Shown: positions 41,368 through 58,359, numbered from the stretch's first letter. The stretch: 64,000 nt of DNA from Deinococcus sp. (GCA_965261005.1 OZ253375.1:768001-832000), one strand, 5' to 3'. Notes: a model not told the origin generated them from the sequence alone. Made by a program: numbers and translations.

Positions 41368-41419
41368 TCTGAGCCTCAAAAGTTACATTGCTTGAGCGTG
41401 GTCATGTTAAGATGGGGGC

Positions 41420-41677
41420 ATGAAGACTCCCGACGCCCCCAACCCTTATGCCGAGTGGTTCGAGCAGCTGCGCGCCGAGTACGGCGACCAGCTGAACGCC
41501 ATGCCGCTGCCCGACGGTCTGCCCGAACATCTGCGCGACTTGATGGCGCACGGCGACGAGGAGGCCATCCTGTTCATGGTCAAGCTGGCTTGGCAGTTCG
41601 GCGCGCAGGTCGGCTACAGCGCCGCCGCCCAGCAAAGCGGCACGCCGCAGCCGAGGCGCAACAGCGTTCAAGCCTAA
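41420..41677 (+). CDS. ddrH: DdrH-like Deinococcus protein
   Basis: NPYAEWFEQLRAEYG...MPLPDGLPEHLR...KLAWQFGAQ resembles DdrH as recalled, not database-checked. Confidence 0.65.
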   Translation: MKTPDAPNPYAEWFEQLRAEYGDQLNAMPLPDGLPEHLRDLMAHGDEEAILFMVKLAWQFGAQVGYSAAAQQSGTPQPRRNSVQA

Positions 41678-41692
41678 GCGAGAGAATTTGGA

Positions 41693-41719
41693 AGTCGGCC
41701 CCATGAGGCCGGCTTTTTC
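41693..41719 (+). terminator. Terminator between ddrH-like gene and acs
   Basis: AGTCGGCC/GGCCGGCT stem followed by T-run. Confidence 0.55.
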
Positions 41720-41727
41720 ATGGCCGG

Positions 41728-43659
<1,932 letters not shown>

Positions 43660-43754
43660 GCCCTGTTCCTCCCGGAAGTTGATGTCCGGGTATTCTAGGC
43701 TCGAAAAGCGACCCGCGCCCCAAGCGGGCCGGCCGGCCAAGCTATAACGGAAGC

Positions 43755-44747
<993 letters not shown>

Positions 44748-44801
44748 GGACAAAGTGCTGCGCGGGCGAAACACGGCTAGAATGCCACTTCAGGAGGCCG
44801 C

Positions 44802-45497
44802 GTGGCGAAGTACCCGCTGATCAAGACGACCCTCAAGGAGCGGCTGCTCGGAAGCCACTACGGCGAGGGCCTGCCGATGCCCAGCGAGCCGCAGTTGGCG
44901 CGCGAGTTCTCGGTGTCGCGCATGACCGCGCGCCGGGCGATTGACGAGCTGGAGCGCGAGGGGTACGTCTACCGGGTGCAGGGGGCCGGCACCTTTCCCA
45001 CCGGCAAGCGGTTCCGGCAAGGGATGTTCCGGGTGCGCCCCTTCAAGGAGTGGGCGCGCTACCCCGACCACCGCACCGAGGTGCTGCGCGCCGTGCAAGT
45101 GGAGGCCACGCCCGAAATCGCCGTGGTGCTGCAAGTGCCCGTCGGCGCCCCGGTCAACTTCGTGCACCGCCTGCGCACCGCCGGCGACGAGCCGCTGGTG
45201 ATCGAGAAGCGCTACGTCAACGCCGCGCTGGCCCCGGATTTGCTCACGCGCGACTTGGAGGTCGAGTCGGTCCACGAGCTGCTGGTCGGCACCCTCGGCC
45301 TGAACTTGACGCGGGTCGAGCAACATTTGGAGGCGGTCAACCTGCGCCAAGAGGAGGCCGAGCTGCTGCGGGTGCCGCACGGCACCGCCGCCTTTTTGCT
45401 GCGGCGCACCACCTTCAGTGGCCCGCAACGCGTCAGCTACGTCAACTACTGGGTGCGCGGCGACCGCTACGCCTTTCAGGACAGCTTCGAGCCGTAG
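44802..45497 (+). CDS. GntR/HutC (UTRA) regulator
   Basis: PSEPQLAREFSVSRMTARRA...QGAGTF; UTRA-like C-terminus. Confidence 0.9.
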   Translation: MAKYPLIKTTLKERLLGSHYGEGLPMPSEPQLAREFSVSRMTARRAIDELEREGYVYRVQGAGTFPTGKRFRQGMFRVRPFKEWARYPDHRTEVLRAVQVEATPEIAVVLQVPVGAPVNFVHRLRTAGDEPLVIEKRYVNAALAPDLLTRDLEVESVHELLVGTLGLNLTRVEQHLEAVNLRQEEAELLRVPHGTAAFLLRRTTFSGPQRVSYVNYWVRGDRYAFQDSFEP

Positions 45498-45521
45498 GGC
45501 GCCTTTTCGTATACTCCCCGG

Positions 45522-46130
45522 ATGGAGTCCACCTCGCTGCGCGGGCGGCAAAAGGAGTCGCGCAGGTCGCACATTTACCGAGTCGCCATCGCGCTGTTTC
45601 AGGGCGGCGGCTTTCAGGCCACGACCGCCAGCGACATCGCGCGGGCGGCGGGCGTGTCGCGCGGCACCTTTTTCAACTACTACCCCTACAAGGAGGCCGT
45701 GCTGCTCGACTACGGCGCGCAGATCGTGACCCGGCTGCGCCAGTACGCCGAGGAGCGCTTGGCGCAGGGCGCTCCGCCCCTCGACGTGCTGGTTGAGGTC
45801 TGGGCGCGCCTGGCCGAGGAAAGCGCGCGGGGCCGCGACTTGATTCCGCCGCTGGCCTACGAGCTGCTCAACCCCGACCCGGAGCGCGCCCGCACCGCCT
45901 ACCAAGCGCTGCCGCTTGCCCGAGTGGTGGAGCTGACGTTGCGCCCGCTGCACGCGCACGGCGAGCTGCGCGCCGACCTGAGCTTGGAGCACATGGCCAA
46001 CCTGATCGCCGACACCTACCTGATGACCGCGCTGCGCTGGAGCGCTTACGGCGGCGAACGCTCCTTGCAGGAGGAGACGGCCCTGACGCTCAACTTCACC
46101 CTGCGCGGCATTTTCTGGCCCATGCTCTAG
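45522..46130 (+). CDS. TetR family regulator
   Basis: DIARAAGVSRGTFFNYYPYKE helix-turn-helix. Confidence 0.9.
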   Translation: MESTSLRGRQKESRRSHIYRVAIALFQGGGFQATTASDIARAAGVSRGTFFNYYPYKEAVLLDYGAQIVTRLRQYAEERLAQGAPPLDVLVEVWARLAEESARGRDLIPPLAYELLNPDPERARTAYQALPLARVVELTLRPLHAHGELRADLSLEHMANLIADTYLMTALRWSAYGGERSLQEETALTLNFTLRGIFWPML

Positions 46131-46267
46131 AGTATTTGTCGGAAGTATTGAGCGTCCTTCTCAATACTTCCCGAGTGGAACGAGTAGCAAGGGGAGGGCA
46201 TTTGGCAATTCTATTGCGCGCTTCCGGCTTCGCCTCCACCGCTCCATGCCATTGCCAAATGCCCTAG
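46127..46267. mobile_element. CTAG-flanked palindromic element (MITE/small-repeat-like)
   Basis: CTAGAGTATTTG...CAAATGCCCTAG ends; internal 12-bp and 15-bp stems. Confidence 0.6.
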
Positions 46268-46275
46268 ACTGACCC

Positions 46276-47715
<1,440 letters not shown>

Positions 47716-47730
47716 TGTTACACTCCCCCG

Positions 47731-48768
47731 GTGAACCTTGACTTTCTGAAACCCCTGCTGGAGGCCGCTGGCCCCAGCGGTTTCGAGGCCCGCGCCGCGA
47801 AGGTATGGCGAGACGAGGCCGGAACCTTCGCCGACAAAGTCTACGGCGACCACTACGGCAACGCCTACGCCGAGCTGAACCCGGACGGCGGGCGCCCCAT
47901 CGTCCTCTTCGGGCACCTCGACGAGATCGGGCTGATGGTGTCCCACATAGATGACAAGGGCCTGCTGGCGGTGCTGAACCTCGGCGGCTGGGACGCGCAG
48001 GTGCTGGTGGGGCAGCGGGTGCGCCTCTTGGCCCAGGAGGGCGACCTGGTCGCCGTGATCGGCAAGAAGCCCATTCACCTGATGGACTCAGGCGAGCGCG
48101 ACAAGGGCAGCAAGCTCGAAGACTTGTGGCTCGACACCGGTTTGGAGCCGGACGAGGTCAGGCGCCGCGTGCTGGTCGGCACCGTCGGCGTGATCGAGCA
48201 GCCGGTCGTGACGATAGGCGAGCGGGTCGTCTCCAAGGCCCTCGACAACCGCATCGGCGCCTACGTGGTGCTGGAAGCCCTGCGCCAGCTGAAGGGCACG
48301 TCGCGGCGTGTGATCGCCGTGGCGAGCGCGCAGGAGGAGATCGGCGCCCACGGGGCGCGGGTGGCGAGTTTCGGCCTCGACCCGCTGGCCGCCCTGGTCG
48401 TGGACGTGACCTTCGAAACCTCGCAGCCCGGCGTGGACGTCAAAAAGGTCGGCAAGGCCGAGTTCGGCTCGGGGGCCGCCCTGGGCGTCTCCGCGCTGAC
48501 CAACCCGAAGGTCGTGCGCGGCCTTCAGGCCGTGGCGCAGAAAGAGAACCTCCCCTACACCCTCAGCCCCACCCCGCGCCGCACCGGCACCGACGCCGAC
48601 GAGGTGGCCCTCTCGCGCGCCGGCGTCCCCTGTGGCGTGGTCAGCGTGCCGCAGCGCTACATGCACTCCCCCTCGGAGATGGTGGACGGCCGCGACGTAC
48701 AGGCGTGCATAGACTTGATGGCCGCTTGGGTGAAGGGCTTGCCGGAGGAACCGGACTTTTCGCGCTGA
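47731..48768 (+). CDS. M42 family metallopeptidase
   Basis: GPSGFE, GHLDEIG, KALDNRIG, QEEIG, GTDAD and RYMHSP motifs. Confidence 0.92.
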   Translation: MNLDFLKPLLEAAGPSGFEARAAKVWRDEAGTFADKVYGDHYGNAYAELNPDGGRPIVLFGHLDEIGLMVSHIDDKGLLAVLNLGGWDAQVLVGQRVRLLAQEGDLVAVIGKKPIHLMDSGERDKGSKLEDLWLDTGLEPDEVRRRVLVGTVGVIEQPVVTIGERVVSKALDNRIGAYVVLEALRQLKGTSRRVIAVASAQEEIGAHGARVASFGLDPLAALVVDVTFETSQPGVDVKKVGKAEFGSGAALGVSALTNPKVVRGLQAVAQKENLPYTLSPTPRRTGTDADEVALSRAGVPCGVVSVPQRYMHSPSEMVDGRDVQACIDLMAAWVKGLPEEPDFSR

Positions 48769-48977
48769 GGAGCCTATTCGGACAAACCGTTTGTGTGTTA
48801 GGTTAGCCAGGTATGAAAATTTTCTTGCCCTGTGCTCTTGGGATTACGGTTTTGCTGTCCGCTTGCGGAGGACAGACGACGCAGCCTGCATCATCCACAC
48901 TGGCGGATAGCACCATTACGCAAATTAAGGGCGTCTTCCCAGAGATTACAGGGGGGGCTACGCTAGAGGCATACATT

Positions 48978-49868
48978 AGACCTCTTGCGAAAGTCAGGAG
49001 GGTTGGGCGCGGGTAAGGTTACAGAGGGCGGCGATGAGCTGAACCCGAAGGGCAAAGCGACGCCGCCGATGTCGGTAGACGCCCTTGAGCACCCGAAAGA
49101 CCTTCATGCGACGGATGACGTGTTCGATTCCTTGGCGGGTATAGGCCAGCACCCGGTTTTCTCGACGCTGCTCTTTGGTCAACGGCTTGGACTTGGTCGC
49201 CTTATGCGTGGTGATGGCGTGCCCGTGGCTTCTCCACAAACCCTGATACCCCGCATCCCCGATCAGGGCCGTGTCATGAGGAAACCGTACCCCAGACTGC
49301 CGAAACAGCTTGAGATCATGGATGGCTCCAGCACTCGTCGCCGTGCCCAGGATGTGCTGAGTCACGGTACAGATCAGGACTTGGAACTTCAAGGTGTGCC
49401 GCTTCTTCTTGCCGCTGTACCAGCGGCGCTGCTTTTTTTGGGTCGTTCACACGGCACTTCGGACGCATCGACGGCCACGATGCTGTAGACCGTCTGCGCT
49501 TGCTGGAACACGCGCTTTCTAGGCATCTGGAACTGCTGGCTGGCGATCAGGGCTTCTTCGACACGTTCCACCGTGCGGTGCACCGTGGTCTCATGGACGC
49601 CCCAGTCGTCACCCAGGTGCGCGAAGGTGCGGTACTCGCGCCAGAATTCCAGTGTCATCAGAAGTTGTTCAGCCACCCTGAGCGCGGCTGGACGACCAGA
49701 TTTCTTCTTCTGTCCTTCTCGCTCGATCAGCACCGCTTCCATCTGGGCGAAGGTTTCGGGATACACCCCGGTGCGTCGGCGGAACTGCTTGCGGTTCATC
49801 TTCAGTGTCCGTCTCAGGCGATCTCGCTCCACCCCTTGAGCTTAACCCACGACTTTCGCAAGAGGTCT
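48978..49868 (-). mobile_element. IS5-family (ISL2-like) insertion sequence, 891 bp
   Basis: Perfect 18-bp TIR AGACCTCTTGCGAAAGTC; ATT target duplication. Confidence 0.9.
48994..49832 (-). CDS. IS5-family transposase in two ORFs joined by a probable -1 frameshift
   Basis: GRPAAL..EQLLMTL, VDASE..ERPK, A7G run at 49432-49439, then YSGKKKRHTLK, GDAGYQG and RQGIEHV. Confidence 0.88.
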
Positions 49869-50329
49869 ATTCAAACAGCCGATGGAGAGGTTCCGTCGCT
49901 TAAAATTGCTGAAGCGGAAGTTGATAGTAAAGGTGCATTTGTACTTGACCTTCCAGAAGAAAACATGATTAAACCCTACTTAATAAATTTGAAGGGATTC
50001 TACAAGAATCTTGGCGACTGCAAGGGCGAGATCAACATCTCTGATCAGAATGCGAGTATTATATATTTGAATGACTTCGGCCTTAAACGGGGTGAAAACG
50101 CTTCCATTTTTGCTTACAATGGCACCAGAGTATCTAACGAACAGTATAGTCTTCATACAGAAAGTGAGGTCTTCTATTACTCCGATAGAGATGTAAAATT
50201 TTCTGGTACGACTACTTGTACTCAGGTAACTCCAGGCCCAGTATACATATTGCCCATAAGCGTAAATTTCGAGCTGCACAAGGGATGGAATGTCATCCAC
50301 CGTAGTGATAAAACTTCGAGTAACGAATC

Positions 50330-51601
50330 CTGAGGGCCTGACAGAAAGTATGAGAAAGCGTCCCCGCTGTGGGACACTTTCTGTTTGTGAAGACCGAAAA
50401 TGCCAGCGGGGACGCTGCCCGACTCTATCAAGCTGTTCTCGCTCAGCTCCAGACTGCTCTCTGGAACGACATCCGCAATGCGCGTACCCTCGCTTGGATG
50501 ATCAGCGGCCTGCTGCTCTCCCAGCGCAGCTCTATCCCCGCTTGGCTCCCTCACATCCACTCTCGTGCCACCTTCGCGCAAAGCAGCGAACGCCGAGTTC
50601 GTCGGTGGCTGGAGAATCCAGCCGTTGATCCCACCAGTGTTTACGGTCCGCTGATCACCCGTGCCCTCCGCGACTGGGGCAGACATCCTCTGATCCTGGC
50701 CCTGGATACCAGCGTCCTGTTCGAGAAGTTTTGCCTGATCCGCGTCTCGGTGCTCTTTCGGGGACGAGCAGTTCCGCTGGTCTCGCGTGTCCTTGAACAT
50801 TCCAGCGCCCAGGTCAGCACCGCCCACCTGCTCCCCGTGCTGGCCGAAGTCAAGGGGATGCTCGACTTCCTTGGCCTACATCAAGTTCGCCTGCTGGCCG
50901 ATCGAGGGTTCTGCGATACGGAACTGATGGCGTGGCTCCGAGTCTGCGGCTGGCATTACCGCATCCGCATCAAATCGAGCTTGATTCTGGCTGCTCCAGA
51001 TGGACAGCGGTTGTGCAAGGTGGGTGAGGTGCGACTTTCGCCCAGAGAGACCCGTTGCTTTCACAACATCACCTTGACTGGACAGCACTTCGGTTCCGTT
51101 CACGTCGCTCTGGGCCGTCCGACAGACGGCCTAGAGCAGTGGCAGGTGGTGAGTGACGAACCGACGAGCGTGAAGACGTTTACCGAGTACGGCGCACGCT
51201 TCCAGATCGAAGAGGGGTTTCTGGACGAGAAAAGCGGCCTCTTCGATCTGGAAGATGCCAAACTTCGCGATGTGGCCAGCCTGGAGCGGCTGGTCTTGGT
51301 CATCTCGGTCGCTACGCTTCTGCTCGTCTCGGAGGGACTTCAGACCGTACACAGCGGCGCTCGCCGAGTGGTTGATCCCCACTGGCAGCGGGGATTGAGC
51401 TATCTCAAAATCGGTCTACGGGCCGTTCAGTACGCCCTCAGCCGGGGTCAGGCGGTGTTCACCCGCCTGATCCTCCAGGGTGGCCCTGACCCTGAACCGC
51501 TGGGGACTCGAAAGCGCCCTCGTCCTACCCCACTGACCACGCTCGAAGTCGGCTGGAAGCTCGTTTTTCGCTCACCCTCATAAAATCTGTCAGGCCGTCA
51601 G
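50330..51601 (+). mobile_element. IS4-family insertion sequence, 1272 bp
   Basis: 16-bp TIR CTGA(G/C)GGCCTGACAGA; 10-bp target duplication GTAACGAATC at 50320-50329 and 51602-51611. Confidence 0.9.
50387..51583 (+). CDS. IS4-family DDE transposase
   Basis: LALDTS, LADRGF and [15 protein letters not shown] (YREK-like) motifs; start GTG 50387 or 50369. Confidence 0.88.
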   Translation: MKTENASGDAARLYQAVLAQLQTALWNDIRNARTLAWMISGLLLSQRSSIPAWLPHIHSRATFAQSSERRVRRWLENPAVDPTSVYGPLITRALRDWGRHPLILALDTSVLFEKFCLIRVSVLFRGRAVPLVSRVLEHSSAQVSTAHLLPVLAEVKGMLDFLGLHQVRLLADRGFCDTELMAWLRVCGWHYRIRIKSSLILAAPDGQRLCKVGEVRLSPRETRCFHNITLTGQHFGSVHVALGRPTDGLEQWQVVSDEPTSVKTFTEYGARFQIEEGFLDEKSGLFDLEDAKLRDVASLERLVLVISVATLLLVSEGLQTVHSGARRVVDPHWQRGLSYLKIGLRAVQYALSRGQAVFTRLILQGGPDPEPLGTRKRPRPTPLTTLEVGWKLVFRSPS

Positions 51602-51730
51602 GTAACGAATCTGAAAAAACCGTAACAGATGCGGCCAACGAAATAAACAGCAACTTAGACGGCGTTACATGGCATGTCATAGAGCCTAAGTGAATCGAAT
51701 TTGGAAGTCGTGTTGCCATTCCGGCCCGCT

Positions 51731-52750
51731 TTATGCCAACTCTGGAACGCTAGCCACGCCCGGCCGCGCGTCCAGCACCGCGTCCGGCACCCCCGCCAGC
51801 GCCGCCAGGATCACCTCCACGCCCGCGCCTGGTTTGTGCGCCTCCTCGCTGAGGGTGCGCTTCCAGGCGCGCGCCCCCGGCTGGCCGGCGAACAGGCCGT
51901 GGACGTGGCGGGTGACGCGCGACAGGTAGACGCCGTGCGCCAGCATCTCCTCGACATAGGGGATCAGGCGTTCCACCACCTCGCGCCGGGTCGGGGCCGG
52001 GGCCGGCTCACCGAAGATCACTTGGTCGGCCAGGGCCAAGACAAACGGATTCTGATACGCCTCGCGCCCGATCATCACGCCATCCGCCCAGCTCAGGTGC
52101 TCCTGAGCGGCCTCCAAACTTTTCACGCCGCCGTTCAGGGCGAAGGTGAGCTGTGGAAAATCTTCCTTGAGCTGCCGCACCACCTCGTACTTCAGGGGTG
52201 GCTTCTCGCGGTTCTCCTTGGGGGACAGACCCGACAGCCAAGCTTTTCGCGCGTGGACGATGAAGGTCTCGCAGCCGGCCCCGGCGACGGTCCCGACGAA
52301 GTGCGCCAATTCCCCATAGCTGTCTTTGTCGTCTATGCCGGTGCGGTGCTTGACCGTCACGGGCAGCGCGGTCGCCGCGCGCATGGCCGCCACGCCGCGC
52401 GCCACCAAATCGGGATGGGCCATCAGGCAGGCGCCGAACATGCCGGACTGCACCCGGTCGGAGGGACAGCCGACGTTGAGGTTCACCTCGTCGTAGCCCC
52501 AGTCCTGCGCCAGGCGGGAGCACTCGGCCAGCTGTACAGGGTCGCTGCCGCCCAGTTGCAGCGCGAGGGGCCGCTCCGCCGGGGAAAAGTCGAGGTGCCG
52601 CCCCCGGTCTCCGCGCAGGATGGCCCCCGTCGTGACCATCTCGCTGTAGAGCAGGGTCCGCCGGGAGATCAGGCGCAGAAAAAAGCGCGCGTGCCGGTCG
52701 GTCCAGTCCAGCATGGGGGCCACGCTGAGGGTATGAGAAGGGCGGGACAT
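51731..52750 (-). CDS. dusA: tRNA dihydrouridine(20/20a) synthase
   Basis: VAPMLDWTDRH, NLNVGCPSDRVQ and VHARKAWLSGLSPKENR motifs. Confidence 0.95.
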   Translation of the reverse strand: MSRPSHTLSVAPMLDWTDRHARFFLRLISRRTLLYSEMVTTGAILRGDRGRHLDFSPAERPLALQLGGSDPVQLAECSRLAQDWGYDEVNLNVGCPSDRVQSGMFGACLMAHPDLVARGVAAMRAATALPVTVKHRTGIDDKDSYGELAHFVGTVAGAGCETFIVHARKAWLSGLSPKENREKPPLKYEVVRQLKEDFPQLTFALNGGVKSLEAAQEHLSWADGVMIGREAYQNPFVLALADQVIFGEPAPAPTRREVVERLIPYVEEMLAHGVYLSRVTRHVHGLFAGQPGARAWKRTLSEEAHKPGAGVEVILAALAGVPDAVLDARPGVASVPELA

Positions 52751-52794
52751 CAGGGGAAAAGTGTAGCGGGCGGGGCGGAGCCTAAAGGTGACAC

Positions 52795-53412
52795 CTATAA
52801 ATTTCGCTCCAGCAACCGCTCCACGATCACCACGTCGCGCCAGCGCCCGTCCAATTGGCCGTGCTTCTCGTAGACGCCGACCTCGCGGAAGCCGACTTTC
52901 AGCAACAGCGCCCGGCTGGCCGCGTTCTCTTTAAGGACGCGCGACACCAGCTTCGAGAAACCCGCGTCCTCGGCCGCCTCGATCAAGGCCGTCATGGCGA
53001 CCGTGCCCGACCCGCTGCCCCGCGCGTCACGGGCCACGTAGACGCTGAACTCCGCTATACCGGCGTAGCAGTCGCGCGGCCGGTAGCTGGAGGTGCTGGC
53101 AAAGGCCACGACCTGGCCGGCGCGTTCGGCGACCACGATGGGGTGAACGCCATCGAACCAAGACGTCACGTCCTCGGGCGAGCGCGGCCGGATCTCGAAG
53201 GTGCCGACGCGGTCCTCAATCCCTTGGTTATAGATGCGGGCGATGTCGGCGGCGTCGGCGAGGATGGCCGGGCGCGTGGCCGTCGAGGCGAGTTGGTCAA
53301 GTGTGACAGCGTATTCTGAATGGCCGGCGAAGCGGTTTGGCTTGGCCTGCTCAAAGTCGAGCGTGTGTTCGGGAAGCAGATCGTCCGGTTCAGGGGCGGG
53401 CGTTTCGTTCAT
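52795..53412 (-). CDS. ArsN1/phosphinothricin-type GNAT N-acetyltransferase with N-terminal extension
   Basis: IYNQGIEDRVGTFE, YRPRDCYAGIAEFSVYV and EKHGQLDGRWRDV motifs. Confidence 0.82.
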   Translation of the reverse strand: MNETPAPEPDDLLPEHTLDFEQAKPNRFAGHSEYAVTLDQLASTATRPAILADAADIARIYNQGIEDRVGTFEIRPRSPEDVTSWFDGVHPIVVAERAGQVVAFASTSSYRPRDCYAGIAEFSVYVARDARGSGSGTVAMTALIEAAEDAGFSKLVSRVLKENAASRALLLKVGFREVGVYEKHGQLDGRWRDVVIVERLLERNL

Positions 53413-53453
53413 AAGCTTCACGCCCTTCCCAGGCAGACGCGAGCGATGATTCG

Positions 53454-53936
53454 TTACATCAAGGTCAACGTCATCACATGCTGCGGCCCATTGGGGCCGC
53501 CAAAGTAGAGATCGCCGCTATCCGTGAAGCCGGCAGCCAGATAAAGGCGGCGGGCAGCAGGATTGCGCGCGTTGACGCTGAGGTTAAGCGTTCGCATGTC
53601 CGGATGGCGGGCGCCTAAGTCAGCGATCAAGGCGGTCAGCGCCGCTGTGCCGAGGCCCTGGCCCTGACGCGCCGCGTCAATGAAGTAGCTACGTAACCCG
53701 CACGAAGGTTCGGCGAAGCGGCGCCCCACGATGGCCTCTGGGGCGAAGTCAAGCCGGTAAAAGCCGACGACGGCACCTTCTGCCAGAACCGCATAGACCT
53801 CAGACTGTGAATCGCCCTTTACCGCCGCAAGCATTTCTTGTTCGGTGAGAACGAAGCCGAGTTGTTCGGGGTAAACGTGCAACGCCAAGACAGCCTCACG
53901 GTTCCGGTCGGTCACAGGTTCAACGGCAACGATCAC
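53454..53936 (-). CDS. GNAT N-acetyltransferase
   Basis: FIDAARQGQGLG and LSVNARNPAARRLYLAAGF; TACAGT 6 nt before GTG 53936. Confidence 0.85.
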   Translation of the reverse strand: MIVAVEPVTDRNREAVLALHVYPEQLGFVLTEQEMLAAVKGDSQSEVYAVLAEGAVVGFYRLDFAPEAIVGRRFAEPSCGLRSYFIDAARQGQGLGTAALTALIADLGARHPDMRTLNLSVNARNPAARRLYLAAGFTDSGDLYFGGPNGPQHVMTLTLM

Positions 53937-53991
53937 ATTGGCACTGTAGCGCATCCCCCAAGTGAGGGAGCCAGCTTACGTACAGCCTGCC

Positions 53992-56361
<2,370 letters not shown>

Positions 56362-56439
56362 GTCGCCCAGCCTAGCCGGGGGCAGGTGACGCGCCCTGAA
56401 AGAAACTTGAGAGCGCGTTCATCTGGGGTCAGGAAGGCG

Positions 56440-56694
56440 TCAGCGGGCCGACTGTCCCACTTCCAGGGCGGTGCGCGTCCGCCCGCCCGAGGCGTCCAAT
56501 ACCCGGACGTTGTGGACGTAGTAGCGCTTCTTCTCGTGCAGCATGGCGTTGTCGTAGGTGCCCGCCGGGGCCGGCTCCAAAAAGACCCGCGCTCCCTGCG
56601 GCAGCCAGTCCAGGCCACTTTCCATGACCACGTGCTCGTTCTGCGCGCCTTCCGGCACGCGCTCCAGCGTCACCTCGTTCGCGTCTGCGTTCAT
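56440..56694 (-). CDS. Hypothetical protein
   Basis: 84-aa ORF with host-like codons; CATAAT 6 nt upstream. Confidence 0.55.
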   Translation of the reverse strand: MNADANEVTLERVPEGAQNEHVVMESGLDWLPQGARVFLEPAPAGTYDNAMLHEKKRYYVHNVRVLDASGGRTRTALEVGQSAR

Positions 56695-56750
56695 GCGGGC
56701 ATTATGACCAAGCCGGCGGCCCACCTCATGAAGTCCGTCCCAAGCGACCT

Positions 56751-57515
56751 TCAGAACAGCTCGTCGAGCAGGCGGTAGTAGGCCAGCTTGCCCACGTCCA
56801 CCAGGGAGCGGCCGTAAGTGTCTAGAAACACGTCCTCGAAGCCGGGGCCGTAGTTGTAGGTCAAGCTGCGCGCCGCCAGGGCCAAGTCGGCGTGGCGGTC
56901 GGCGACGCCGGCGCGGCCCACGTCCACCAAGCCCGACACGAACTCCCCCGCTACGATCACGTTGGGCAGGCAGGGGTCGCCGTGGGTGACGACCAAATCT
57001 TCAGTCTCCGGCCGGGTCCGGACCAACTCGGCGAACACCTCGGCCCCTGTCCAGCCGCGCCACTCGGAATCGAGGTCGGCCTCGTTCACCATTCCCAGCC
57101 GCAGCCGCTCGCGCCCTTCGCGCAAGCGGACGTTCAGGCTCGCGTTGAAGGGGCAGTCCCCCAGCGGCAGGGCGTGCAGCTCGCGCAGCGCGCGGGCCAA
57201 AAGGGCGGCGTTGCGCCGGGCGTGCAGCCGCGTCTCGGGCGCGCTCATGTCGAGGCCGCGCACCCGCTCCGTCGCCAAGTATTCGGTCCCGCCCTCCAGG
57301 TGGTACGCCACCACCCGGGGCACCGGCACCCGCCCCGCCAGCCAGCGCAGCCGCTCCTTTTCGCCAAATAAGGTGTCGAAGGGTCCCTTCTGCTGCACCT
57401 TGAGCACGAAGCGCGTGGAGCGGTACACCGCCGCCTTCGAGCGGCCGTGGTTGACCGGCTCCCAGCGGGCCTGGGGGAGTAAGGGCTTGAGGGCGGCGGG
57501 GAGGTCGAGGGGCAC
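56751..57515 (-). CDS. Aminoglycoside 3'-phosphotransferase family (start uncertain)
   Basis: [42 protein letters not shown] and YYRLLDELF motifs. Confidence 0.88.
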   Translation of the reverse strand: MPLDLPAALKPLLPQARWEPVNHGRSKAAVYRSTRFVLKVQQKGPFDTLFGEKERLRWLAGRVPVPRVVAYHLEGGTEYLATERVRGLDMSAPETRLHARRNAALLARALRELHALPLGDCPFNASLNVRLREGRERLRLGMVNEADLDSEWRGWTGAEVFAELVRTRPETEDLVVTHGDPCLPNVIVAGEFVSGLVDVGRAGVADRHADLALAARSLTYNYGPGFEDVFLDTYGRSLVDVGKLAYYRLLDELF

Positions 57516-57543
57516 GGGGGCAGGATAGCGAGTTGACTTTAAC

Positions 57544-57942
57544 TCAAGGCTCAAGGGTGCTGATTGCCTCTATATGGTCCAGGTAGAGGCGGATCAGCTT
57601 GTGCTCGGGAAGCAATCGCTCGACGTGGGGCCAGCTGGCCTTCATAAAAGCGCGCAGCGGCGCGAAGAGAAGATTTCCGCAACAAAGCTGCACCACCCAA
57701 GGGGGCGGCACTTCTTGCAACGTTACTCGGTTGGTGAAGTCCGCGTCTTTGGTGACGATGACCAAGGCGTGCTCGCGTGCGTAGGCCCACAACCGGGTGT
57801 CGCTTGGCCGCGGTCCCAAATCGCTCGCATGGATGACCAGCGCGGAGACGTCGAAGCCATGTCGCAGCTGGGCGGGCAGGTTCTCGTCGAGAAGATAACC
57901 GTGAGGGGTGACAGAATCAGCGTTTGGCAGGTCGTTCTTCAC
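57544..57942 (-). CDS. DUF5615 PIN-like toxin
   Basis: [24 protein letters not shown] and GN motifs. Confidence 0.85.
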   Translation of the reverse strand: MKNDLPNADSVTPHGYLLDENLPAQLRHGFDVSALVIHASDLGPRPSDTRLWAYAREHALVIVTKDADFTNRVTLQEVPPPWVVQLCCGNLLFAPLRAFMKASWPHVERLLPEHKLIRLYLDHIEAISTLEP

Positions 57943-58050
57943 ACCTCTCAGCCTGCCTGGGACGGTGGGCAGCCCAATTGATGATGCCTCCGAGCAGGTG
58001 TCCCCACTGGGACGTTGAGAAGGTTGGCCCAGCGCTGAGCCGGCAAAAGC

Positions 58051-58275
58051 TCACGCGATTTTTTCAAGCGTCAAGTGGTGCGCGAGCAACCGCGACGAGT
58101 ATTGCAAGCAGGCCAGCACGTCCTCGCGCGTGAGGGTGGGATACTCGGCGAGCACGCTCTCTATGCTTTCACCCGCCCCCAAGAACTCCAAAATGGTCTG
58201 TGCAGTAATGCGGGTTCCGCGCACCGTCGGGCGTCCATTGCACACGTCCGGGTCCACCACAATCCGCAGATTCAT
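58051..58275 (-). CDS. DUF433 antitoxin
   Basis: [19 protein letters not shown]...[16 protein letters not shown]. Confidence 0.9.
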   Translation of the reverse strand: MNLRIVVDPDVCNGRPTVRGTRITAQTILEFLGAGESIESVLAEYPTLTREDVLACLQYSSRLLAHHLTLEKIA

Positions 58276-58359
58276 GCCCTCAGACTACAGGGGGAACAGC
58301 GCAGCGTCTATCAGCGGGCGTTTCTTCTCGGCCCAGGGACCAATCCCCACCCTCACCTT

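Larger units (their letters stand above)
48813..51693 (+). pseudogene. Low-GC lipoprotein gene split by two IS insertions (234 aa when reconstructed)
   Basis: Lipobox LSAC; fragments 48813-48977, 49872-50329 and 51612-51693 join in frame after removing each IS and one copy of its target duplication. Confidence 0.85.

Noticed and set aside
41380..41415. RDRM box upstream of the ddrH-like gene
   Set aside because: The best match has too many mismatches and wrong spacing
48770..52750. dusA-associated integrative element
   Set aside because: The low-GC block lies at the dusA 3' end, with no tyrosine recombinase or att repeat
57955..57995. Fluoride riboswitch-like TGATGATGCCTC
   Set aside because: The 5' stem is not convincing, it is antisense to the flanking genes, and no fluoride-related gene follows
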